Assembly (NCBI RefSeq): GCF_964204645.1 | Contig: NC_134026.1 | Coordinates: forward strand, 6,781,950-6,845,949 | Origin: Tubulanus polymorphus | Taxonomy: Eukaryota; Animalia; Nemertea | Length of the DNA stretch: 64,000 bases | Direction of reading: 5' to 3' | Part shown: positions 1 through 30,866 of the stretch, piece after piece | How positions within the stretch are numbered: the first letter of the stretch is position 1 | Layout: the number at the start of each line of letters is the position of its first letter | Notes under the pieces: model-generated | Told to the model about the DNA's origin: nothing | What the model saw: the letters and a program-made list of their open reading frames with translations, nothing else | Databases searched by the model: none | Program-made: the position numbers and the translations under genes

Positions 1-516
1 AAGGAGTTTCAAGCACTTGAAAAGCATTTTCCATTTTGAAGTTTCAGTTTTTTAAGGAATCAAGGAGTCGTAGGGACCCTGTGCAAATTATCACAATTTT
101 CATTGACGATGAAGCTAGGAGCCGCACCAGTTCTACAGTTGACCGTCAGGTCTGACATCGAGCGTTAAAATCTACTCATTTCCGATGGTTGACTCGAATC
201 CAAACCCGGAAACAACTGTAGAACCGGATCGCCGAATTTCACCTCGAACAACGGCCAGCAACTGCAACCTGTATTCAAATCCTAGTCATAAAACAGCAAA
301 CACATTCTTCTATAGACAACATGCCATCAGCCGTTTAAAAACCAAAAACTCAAAAATCAATCTTCGTATAATCGTGACGTTCAGAAAATGAAGTGCAAAG
401 CGAACACGTATTTTCATAGAGAAAGAGAGAGACATGAGGGGGTTTTACTCCATATACCGGCGCATATCGTACGTATATATATATTTATATACCTATATAT
501 ATATACCTATATGTAT

Positions 517-554
<38 letters not shown>

Positions 555-1260
555 TGTTATATATCTAACTTCTAATAAAATCTCCAATCAAGAAACGTAT
601 GTACTAACCGTGACAAAACAATCAAATCAAAGAATGTGTTTACTGATAATAATCAATATCGAATCAGTGGTTGATGGAATAAAGTGTCGAAGTATCGTGT
701 CATTGCTTTGATTTAGTCAGTTGCAACCATATGTTGTTGATTATGGAGCGCTCACATCGACGGATATGACCGTAACTGAGTACTATCAGTTACTCAAAAG
801 TAGAACATGGGCAACTGGCTGGAACTGGAGATCGTCGTCGCTTACCACTCGTAAGCTAGTCTTATCGACACATTCAAGCAACTGATTGTATCCAGCCAGT
901 TCCTCCAATACTGAAAACTGCCTTGCAACTTTAGTTGTCACCAGTTACTTCGTCGATGTACGCTAGGCTTAATTGAGTTACCCATCCCCCCCCCCCGAGT
1001 CAAATCATATCTGAGCTCAGTTGAACTGGGAACTCGATTTCACAATTACCAATAAACCGAGATTCAACATATTTCAGTTGTTTGAGCGAGAAATTATCTG
1101 GAATTCGCCCATCACAAAATCTCCCTAACAAAAGTGAATTTCAGGTAAAGCTTAAGTTCGACATTATTTCAACCACTGTTTCATCGGTGACAATAAATAA
1201 TCATCGACATAATAAACTACAATGCTGATTGCGTAAGAGTAGCGGCAGTGAAATACGCAC

Positions 1261-17766
<16,506 letters not shown>

Positions 17767-18111
17767 TCGCTCATGCTCGGAGTAGTTCGGAATCTTTCGG
17801 GATTGTTCGGATTATCTCGGGTTTGTTCGGATTCGCTCGGGCATGTTCGGCTAGGGGATGCGGGTTTCGCCGGGCTTGTTCCGATTTTGCGGAATGTCTG
17901 CCAGTCAATTAGAATGATAGCTATCGTATATATGATTAATTCTCTTATTTCAAATTCACAGGTTTACATAATCCACATGTGGTAAAGCGCATAAGTATAG
18001 ATGGCAGCACCTGCTTGTAAATTATGCTCAGCCTTGCGGGCGGGTTCCGAGCGCCGGGACTCAACATGGTGAAAACTTAACACAGATGTCATTCTAACAC
18101 AAGCGCCACAA

Positions 18112-18117
18112 TTTATT
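18112..18117 (-). terminator. Candidate polyadenylation signal of TCEA
   Basis: AATAAA on the minus strand at the end of an AT-rich ~760-nt region 3' of the stop, just before the TNPO1 promoter region. Confidence 0.45.
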
Positions 18118-18878
18118 TTCTATGAAATATACATATATAAGAATATAACCGGCAATAGTTTCAATAAATTCAGAATAATGAAAGTGCACTTCAAAAACTA
18201 TACTTCAAATACTACTTCAATACTTTAAAATTTAATGACCATTGAAACAAATTGTCCTTTTGAATACGTATATAGACTTTAGTAGAAGTTTATTTTCAAA
18301 TAGTAGGTGAAAAAATAAGGGTGAATAGTTATCATTATTATTATAAATTCAAGCATGTTTATTTTACAACTATTTTTAAATGCATTTCTAAACAAACGAA
18401 TCAATATATGTACACGAACACCACCAGTTGAGGGATACCCAGTAAATTGTCATTGGAAAGTGAATGAATCTCTTTCTCGGGAATAGAATAGAGAGGTGTA
18501 TTTAGCTTCTAGGGGCTGAACATTAGTTATAGTTTGTGTTAGATTTCTACTAAAACATTGCATTTTCTCAACATTAACACATGTACAAGACAATACTATA
18601 ACAATACTATTATTGGTATTAAATTAAATAAATTCTAGCACAAAACGTTCATAATCTAGATTTCAAATCCAAGTCTTCCTGTGTCGATGTTTAACGCAAA
18701 AATAGCAGATGAACGAATTATTTACAAATGAAAATGTCAGTTCTATCCTCTCGTATTAAATTAGAAGATGATTGTTCTGAGGGTTTATCGATTTCAGTGC
18801 ATCTCAAACACCAAGATATAATCATTTTACTATTTACAGCATGTTTTCAGAACTATTCCAGTTTATGTAGTGAATGCC

Positions 18879-22275
<3,397 letters not shown>

Positions 22276-22425
22276 GGATTATTTGGGAATTAACCCCTTA
22301 AAGTGAGATTTAGGCGGAGGAAAAAGACTGTGAGCTTTTGGAAATTTCTAGTCTGACGGAATCTCCCGAGCGATCAGATCGCTACCTGGCGGCATAATGT
22401 GAAAGCTGGGCAAATGGTACGTAAT

Positions 22426-22908
22426 AAAATACGGAATGGGACTCCGATGTGTACAATACGGAGTCATTCCCTAGACTAAATTCTCCGTGAAGGGATGAAT
22501 GGTACGATGCTGAGAACATTATGGGTGACCCGTAGGAAACGACAGTAACGAATGACGACTGATTCTGGCCCCCGGGTTCGAAACCAGAATCACCTGTCAA
22601 TTCCGATTCGGTTGCAGGGCCTCTGGTTCAATCAGTCACTAACACTGTGCAGGTCCCGGCACTCGGCTCCGCCGCGCGCCTGTTCACGCATCTCTCGATT
22701 CAGCATCAGGACTACTATAAATCAGTCAGTAACTGTGTTCTGGAGTCGAACGAAACTCGGCGACGCACTCGAGTGCAGCTCTTGGACTCAAACGGTCCAG
22801 TGTCCACTCTCAGGCCAAATTACTGGGGTTCGCACCGGGGACACCCCTGTTCACGGCATCCTCTACATTCAGAATCAGGACCAATATGAATCAGTATCAA
22901 TGATTAGT
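22426..22908 (-). ncRNA. Candidate ~480-nt structured ncRNA of unknown family
   Basis: TATA ~30 nt upstream; three related ACUG..CCUG..CAGG..CAGU modules; G-U pairs favour the minus strand; Sm-like GAAUUUAGUCUAG followed by a 3' hairpin; first TTTT falls at the end. No credible protein. Confidence 0.55.
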
Positions 22909-22931
22909 AGGTCCGAACACGGGTCATTCTA

Positions 22932-22939
22932 TATTTATA
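22932..22939 (-). promoter_or_regulatory. TATA box (TATAAATA) upstream of the candidate ncRNA
   Basis: Exact TATAAATA, directly preceded by CGCCATC. Confidence 0.55.
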
Positions 22940-23017
22940 GATGGCGTGTGCGAAATATGGCTCGCTGAAAATCGTTGCCTTTGTTAATTCTAGATATTTT
23001 TTTGTTTCACCCAATAT

Positions 23018-23030
23018 CCAACAGATGGCG
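23018..23030 (+). promoter_or_regulatory. CTCF-like motif CCAACAGATGGCG
   Basis: Close to the CCASYAGRKGGCR consensus; a second motif GCCGCCAGGTAGCG lies on the minus strand at 22380-22393. Confidence 0.45.
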
Positions 23031-23293
23031 AAATCGTTATAAGCGAAAGCGCAAAACTCAGAAATTTTGTAATAAAAAGATTGGTATTGATGTTGACTAA
23101 TTAATTAGACAGTATGGCCATCGATATGCTAGGTTCGAATCAAGTACACCATCCTTTCGGAAGTTTTGTAGTAATGGTAGATTATAAATCCTCGACTGCT
23201 AGTCTACACAGCTCAGGACAATCCGTTCAAACCCTCGACTGTCAGTCAACAGTCCCCGGACACCCACCCAACCCGGCCAACCTTCTCGATTCA

Positions 23294-23607
23294 AGGCGAA
23301 TTTATCGGAACGTACCTAGGTATTCCAGGTACGTTAGACGAGTATAGGGTACTCAATTCTGAGTATCCTTGTTGATAGTTTTGTTGATTTTCGTTGCAAC
23401 AAATATGGCCGAACTGCAAATGAGTGTCCACATTTACTTTTCTCGGCTATTCTCAGCCTTACCATGCTCTTGATGGTAAGTACAGTACCCAAAGTTAAGT
23501 ATGCCCTTGGATAAATGTGCCGAGAGAGTACCTTACTTCAAAACGAGTACATTTCGTTTTATAAATGCGCAGTTGGGGTACTCACAACTGTTTCGATAAA
23601 TTCGCCT
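23294..23607. mobile_element. PIF/Harbinger-like MITE
   Basis: TIR aggcgaatttatcg / cgataaattcgcct. Confidence 0.7.
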
Positions 23608-23698
23608 ATAGTGTTATCCAATTTCTGACTAAGCAAGACGACGACGACTTAGAATTGATTAAAAAAATCACGTATCTTTATTTTTGGGTTGAACATAT

Positions 23699-26600
23699 CT
23701 AGACGGACGCTATTTCTTGTTGATCGATGGGAATAACTCGATCACGTTTTCCGGTGAGATGATTTATCCAATCACCGGCCGCCGCCGCCGCCGATGACGT
23801 GTGATCTATTGCGGTCAGGTACGTATTGCTTGAGTGACTATCAGCCGTCCAGTTAAGTATCCGGGCCCCGTGATGACGATCTGATCTCCGATTTAATGAA
23901 ATACTCTCGACGACGTTAATTTGACAGATATTTTGACGAGTCGTGTCGTTTTCAGTTTGATCGTCGTCGCGATTGTTCTCCCGGTACGACATCATCTGCG
24001 CGTGATCGTCTATGTGTTTTTTACACAGTAGAAATCGCACGGCGCCTTTACGAAAGTTTCTACAATAGAAACGGCTTTAGAATTTATCCATTTTCATCGA
24101 ATCTAATCTTGCTTCGAGTATGTTTTATTAACGATGACCTAGAAATGTAAACTGGATGGGAAATTGAGGATTTGGTTTTGGTTTCACAGTTGAGACTTAG
24201 AGTTAAATCAGAGATAAGGTATATTCATTTTCGAAGTATTAAAACTCGAGTCAAATCTTAACGCATACTTTGGAACTGGGCCCTGTTTTAAAAACAAGGA
24301 GCAAGTTCTGCAATTTGCGGTTAGATTTGACTCAGTTCATTCTCGATGTTTTCACAATTCAGTCAAACGTTTAACGTAGCATAGAACTGTGGAACTGGCT
24401 GCTGATAAGGGCTTGAATCCCGTTTTAGAGTTGGTTGTGAGTAAGAATTTACTCTTAGTTGAGATAGGTTCATTTTCAATCAGTTAGATCGTCGTCTTAA
24501 CAGTTGAAACTGTGGAACTAGATAGGTTCCCGAAATCGTATCTCCATATAAAAACCACTATGTATGTACAATCATATGTAACAAAGATTTAAGTTGTTTA
24601 GTAGAGTAAGTGTCATTAATCGACCAAGTCAATTGAGCATCAAAGCCTATGTGAACGACAGTCTTACTAATTGCTGGAGACTCAAACCCGTGAACGCTCG
24701 GTCTCAGAAAAACATCTCCCTGTGGTACTAATTAGTTACGCTTATTTTCCATTCCTCGCTGCAACAAGTCATAACATTCGCAATCAACGCTGTGCAAAGA
24801 TGATGCTATAATTCTAATCTTACACTTACTTGTTGTACGCGGCGTATATGATCGGATTGAAGAGACAGGCGGCTTTGGCTAATGGGGGCCCTATCGATGC
24901 TACATGCATCGACATACCGCTCAATTCGTTAAACGAGGCCCAAATACTGACTGCACAATACGGCATCCAACACGCCATGTAAGAGCATACCATCAATAAC
25001 GATATCTAAAACAAATAATATTTACAATATCAATATCATTTTTAAACTATGAAGTCTTAGTAGAGTGGTCCCTACCTCTCTGGGGCTCGAACCTGTTGAT
25101 ATCTCATCGCCCAATCAGATCGCAATATTTTGACTTTACATCGGATAATCATTGACCAAATTGTACGTGATTTCTGATTGGTTAATAACGTATGACGCAA
25201 ATAGTAAACCGATATGCATCTATAAAGCATAGTATCGGGGACTTTGTGACGTCATATACTGGCCCTCAAGCGGTTTTACTGGAACGAAGTTGACGGCCGA
25301 TTTGGCTGCCAAGCGTGCGGACCAGAAATATGGCGTATTTACTACGATAGCGTCCCGGGTGCGAATCCATGCGAGGAAGGACGGAGGTGACTTACAAAGG
25401 TGACTCTGATCTCCCAATTGACCGGCGGCAGACAGCCGAGTTTCGATTGATGACCGTTAGGTGTCAACACAGTCGTGTTCGATTGAAAGTAGAGTTTATG
25501 ACAGATACAGCTATAAGCTATAATCATGATAGCTACATCTAAAGCTACCACGAATACAAAACTCAATACAACGAAGAGAACGTCAGCTATCGCTGAACTG
25601 AACCAGTTTATCGTGCAAGATATCTGAAATAGTAAAACAACGATATTTCAATATCAATCTCAGATACAATAAATAAAGAGAATGGCCGCCGATACTAAGG
25701 GCTACAGGGGCCAGTTGCGTAGTCACGGCTTAGACTTAAGACCAGTCTAAGCATGAGTGGCTTAGAATGGGACCACAAAATGCTTAGCTTTTAGTCGAAT
25801 TACATGTAACTTGTAACATTATATATGATGGGCAGTCAGCCCCTGATATTGCATATAACCTTTCATCTCAATCTGGAAAAAGTGAAATATGAGTGAAATC
25901 CCTGTTCTTCATAGTGAAACGTAAGTGAATATTTGTAACACCCTGTAACACCTGTAACGCTATATGAAACACTAGTAACTAAAAGTGAAAAATCTGTAAC
26001 GCTATTTAACACACTGTAACAAGGGTGTAACAGGCTGTAACGCCCTGTAATACCATGTGAAACCCCTGTAACTCAAAGCGAAATATGTGTAACGCTATGT
26101 AACACCCTGTAACAAGGGTGTAACGGGGTGAAACTAACCTAATGTTACGTATTACTTGTAACTTGATGGGAAGTTAAGCATTTCTCTGTCCCATTTTAAG
26201 CCTTATATAAGTCTATAGACCAATTTAGTTCTATGGCCTATCTACCAACTAAGACCAGTCTTAAGATTTAAGTCTACTTTTGGACGTAAGCCACGACTGT
26301 GGAACTGGGCCCGTAATCTTACCAACTATCACCAACTTTTGAGCAATTTGATGAAGATATAATTAGCCAAATGTTATTCTCGTTATAAAATCAGGTAATT
26401 CGCTTATGTTGTTTCTGGAATCAATTCGACGAGTTCATATTGACTGTAGAACTATGGAACAGTAGAACAGCGGATCTGTGGAAGTGGATCCAGAATCCAC
26501 ACTTTTCCAATGTTTTAAGTCTAGATTTTATCTCAGTACTGTCAAATCGGCTCCTTAAATACAGTTTTGCTTTTGTTTGGACAATTTTTGAAAAGATTTT

Positions 26601-28800
26601 TAAACTTACATTGTAAGGTTCTAAGACGTATGTACTCCAGCCACAAAACGGCATCACTGCCCAGAACAACGAGTACAGCCAGATTACTGCTACAGTGATA
26701 TTAGCATGAGTTGTATTGCGATTCAAATTGATTTCTACAAAAAAAAAACAATTGGTATTGAAAACACTTTCAAATTGCCATTTCACTGAAAAATTCTCGA
26801 GTACGGAATTCAGCCCACAGAACCGTCATCACCTGGCAGTAACGAGACAGGCTTCAACCGAACCACAACCGAATGGAGTCAGGAATACTTGTGTTATAAC
26901 TAAATATTAGATTATATCTTATCATTTGAATAAGGGAATCTAGCGATTGAATTTTATGCGAGGAAATTTGTTAAAATGAAACGACTGTTTTATTTATCTA
27001 TTAAACGGATTATAGCCTTACATCCGACTTATGTCTTATTTAGTCTCTTTGTCGGTGATTGTATGTGATTTTTTTATAACACTAGTATTGCCTATGATGA
27101 CTGCAAGGATTAAGTCGAAACATCGAATGAATTATCAGCTAATAAAAAACATTCAGAAAACATTTCGAAACTCTGCTATTATACTGATGATTCTTTAAGA
27201 TGACTTGCAGAATAAAGTTGAAACGTCGAATGAATCATAAGCTCGAGGAAACATTTCGGGCTCTGTTTATTCTTCGTGTGTAGAGATTCTATATCATCTT
27301 TACAACACGGACTCGGAAGTTATTCATTAGCTGTTAAAATATGTATACTTATGTGAACCCGACTTACTGATATAGTCAGGTTTACAAATAGACAACCATC
27401 GCTCAACACTTATAGCGGCAAGTGAGTTCATCGAAGCAACACCGAACAGATAGCCAGCAAAACCATACCATTGACAACCACTATATCCCCAATACCAGTG
27501 CTTCAAAATAGAGAATACAATGCTTCAAAACACTATTCTAACGCTTCCAAAAAGTAGAAAGAAAAACAAGCACATGGAAACTTCGTTGAATATATTGATA
27601 ATTTGGCAAAAAAGATATTTCAACAAAGGTGAGAATTTATCAAAAAATATATGAGGGTCGTTAACGACACCCGTACACTCAGACGTGGAGATCAGATTGA
27701 AATCCGCTATGTCATTAAGCACTCGGTAGGGATACCATTAGTTCTAAAATCATTTCCTTTCAAATCCCGCATTTTAGAAATACAAAAAGCTACGTAATTA
27801 TCCTCCCACGAACAGTTTAAAAGGTTTCTCGGTACGAATTATCTTGAACATTAAGATGAAAAAGTTCATAGTTGAAAGATTTTTTGAAAGGATAACAAAT
27901 TAGCCATAATCGGGTGAGAGGGACGGGGATGGAAGGGAGGCCGCGAGGATATCCTTTTTCCTCTCTAACCATTAAGCGCCATTATAAGATGGAAAGACTT
28001 CCACCACATACCGGAGGATACGTCACAATGATGATAGCTCTGATACTGTACTTACTCTGGTAAAACTGGATACAGCCGCGAACGGGGACATAGTTAAGGC
28101 TATCATCATATCAGCGACTGCTAAACTGATGTAGATCCGACTCCTTACAGTGCGCAACTTCTTATACCTCATATAAACACAGATAATCAACAAGTTTCCC
28201 AACACACCCCATATCGCTGGAAAACAAACAATAAACGATTTGGATCCAGTCTTGACAGTTTTTATTCTTTATCCGATGGAAGTTAGAAATAAGCCTTCTT
28301 AACATTTTAAGATATTGTGATTGGCCATTAAAGGGCTCTCGCGGGATCAACAGGCTTAAACATAATCTTAGACCAATCTAAGCTCGTTCTAGTTCTGCAG
28401 CCATTCTAACAATTCAAGATCGGTCTAAACTCATTTTGGTTCTATGAAAAATCTAATAAAACTTAAATCGATATTACAATAATTAAAACTGAACCAAGTT
28501 CCGCAGTTCTAAGGGTAAAAATTTGACTCCGGTTGAATAAAACATCGAAAATGACCAGTGTTTGTTTTTAACTGAAATCCTGGATCCAGTCCTACACTTA
28601 TCTCGGTGATAATTTGAATCCCCGAAAATACAATCATTCGATTGATTTCTACTGATTTTCAAGAACTTACCGACAATGATAAGAAATATTCCCAATATTT
28701 GAGTGCTCCATTCTGGTAAATCTGTATATGCGTTCCAATCATAGGACGAATTACCTACTAATTCTTCACCAGAACTGAACACTAACGGACGAGTCATCAT
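23699..28800 (-). CDS. Opsin, tetraopsin type (Go-opsin/peropsin/neuropsin-like), 437 aa, 7 exons
   Basis: Exons 28671-28800, 28056-28216, 27368-27500, 26610-26734, 25396-25623, 24830-25005, 23699-24059 (1314 nt, open). GN (TM1), LAVAD, WYWGYSGCQWYGFAG, ERW, LEPYNISCTINW, CWMPY, LAKAACLFNPIIYAAYNKNFR with the K296-equivalent Lys. Confidence 0.9.
25708..26312. mobile_element. MITE A interrupted by a nested element (25759-26201) with tgtaac repeats
   Basis: The two halves of family A flank an insert with TIR ggcttagaatgggac / gtcccattttaagcc. Confidence 0.75.
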
Positions 28801-29179
28801 CGAAGATGTAGCTATTATTACTACGGATAAAGTTTTGTTATCTCAGCTCCTTATTGATGAAGATCACGAATAATTCCAGAATTGGGGATATTTTGAAGTT
28901 GATTTATCTGACAGTTTCCAGATAAATCTGAATCCTACAGCGAAACGATAACGTTAACTGTTTCTCTGATGATCGGATTTAGATAAATCCCGTAACTTTC
29001 AGATTGATAAAATATGAAATATTATCAATTGTGGGATTATTCGCGGATACTCTGTTGTAAATCACTGGTGGCATACATATTTAACACACTGCATGTAAAC
29101 GTGCACCTAAATGGCGACAAGTCGAGAAACTGAGAACAATGTCGCGACTCAGACACACGCGTGCTTCTTAACCATTGAC

Positions 29180-29530
29180 GAAACACTTTGAGTCCGCGTT
29201 GTGGCGACAATATGAAAACCATAATATCCATCAACTTTCTTTTAGTTGATATCTTATTTGCTATTTCGACTTTATGCTGATAGTCATCTTCAGGAATACT
29301 GATGCTATAATATTTGGCATTTCTGAAGATGACTATCAGGTTATCGTCGAAATATTCCACACTTTATGTTTTACTTTTGAAACCTTGAAACCGTTGTATC
29401 AAACACTCTGAGTCCGTGTTGTATAAAGATAATATGAAATCCATGCATGCTTAGAATAGAAACAGTCTGGAATGTTTCCTTGAGTTTATTTGACGTTTTG
29501 ACTATAACCTGATAGTCATCTTCATGAAAA
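29180..29530. repeat. Tandem/inverted array of a ~220-230 bp repeat carrying degenerate minimal hammerhead cores (Penelope/retrozyme-like)
   Basis: CTGAAGATGAC..GTCGAAA on minus (29264-29293) and plus (29323-29352), mutated copy at 29492-29525; linked motif aaacactctgagtccgtgttgt at 29181 and 29401. Confidence 0.6.
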
Positions 29531-29996
29531 CTTGTGTCATGACAAGATAATGAGATACATCTGCAGGTGTGCGTTATACTTAGGGGACCATTGATGTAAA
29601 ATTCCGTGTCCGTGTCGTAATGAAAATATAGAATTACTGCAAGAAAAAACAAATATTCACTAATACCCCTGTAGTGAGAGCTCTATTTCAAATGTATTTA
29701 ATTTGTAACACATCTTATTCCTTGATAAGTTTCTTTGTTCTGGACATCATATAAAGCGTCGTGATATCCGATTTGGGCGTTGTTTGTCTAAAAGCGCTCG
29801 CGCAAAAAGATTTTTTACTTTTTAAAAGGGAAACTTATCACCGATACACGGTAGGATGTAAGGATGTGAAAAACACTGTTCCTATCGGTACCTCCCGTAT
29901 GACGCCCCTACGCTCTACTCATAAGAGCATCGAGTTGAAGTGATTGATGACGTTTCTTCGCGTAAATTTGTCCAGTCCGACAACAGTTCAACAACT

Positions 29997-30053
29997 GGGA
30001 TTTGAACCTGGCTTTCTCACCTGCCAACCTTATGTTTAACCACTAGTCCATCA
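29997..30053 (-). mobile_element. tRNA-derived SINE-like head (second copy 30866-30922)
   Basis: A box TGGACTAGTGG / TGGTCCAGTGG and B box GGTTCAAATCC / GGTTCAAACC; no full cloverleaf. Confidence 0.55.
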
Positions 30054-30289
30054 AGTTCTGATAATTTGTTTGTCAGTTTGTGTAGTCAGTGTGGTGACTA
30101 TTCAACGACAATACCAGCTATCATCCTCTGATTAAAACAAAGTTCTAATCGTATCGCCAAGAGTTTCCAGTAGCGCTTCAATGACAAATGGGGGGGGGGG
30201 GCATTTTTTTGTCATATTCTGGGGAAAAAAGAACTTTAGAATTTAGACTCAAGAAGTTGTATGAAGTGAATCAAGTTTGGAATCAATGG

Positions 30290-30866
30290 TTATTTGACTA
30301 AATTTCTATTTTACAGCGATTTTCATACAGAAATATTCGCGAATTTCTCGTCCCAGTGAAGATATATGTAGAAATTGTCCACATAGTTACACATTTTAAA
30401 TTGTACCAAATGCGTCATATAGAACAGATTTGGTGTCTTCAGAGATAGGTAATAATACAGCAATAGTGGCTGGAAGTGTGAACATCGCAAATGCGAGTGA
30501 AACTGTTACAAGCATTATTGTAACACGTTTTGATTTTGTAGTTTTCTGATCAGACGAAACTATTTTCGAACCTCTAAATAACTGAACTATCATAACCGAA
30601 TTTGATGTAATAAACAAAGATTACGGTACAAAGCACGCGTAGATGACGATTATGGTGTGATTAAGGTTTTTTCATTTGGTCATTAGTAACATCCAAACAA
30701 AGGGTCCGAAGAATGAACCGACATGAGAGGTGTGAGTTATAGAAACAGTGCATTCACTGCAGTAATTATCAATACGGTAAATCCAACAAATCTCGGAGTA
30801 CATAACAAACGAGATGTGAACGGGAAGAGCACAACTGCCGCACGTTCTAGAGATACCGCGACTACG
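30290..30866 (-). pseudogene. 5'-truncated, frameshifted GPCR pseudogene (paralogue of 34981-35937)
   Basis: SLERAAVVLFPFTSRLLCTPRF and ITSNSVMIVQLFRGSK..TIMLVTVSLAFA in different frames, with stops; TM1-TM3 missing. Confidence 0.88.

Noticed and set aside
22382-22968. ORFs of 72-138 aa over the structured island, or identity as 7SK, RNase P/MRP, U3 or tRNA
   Set aside because: No protein-family features; the diagnostic RNA motifs are absent by eye; GGTTCGAAAC has no A box or cloverleaf.
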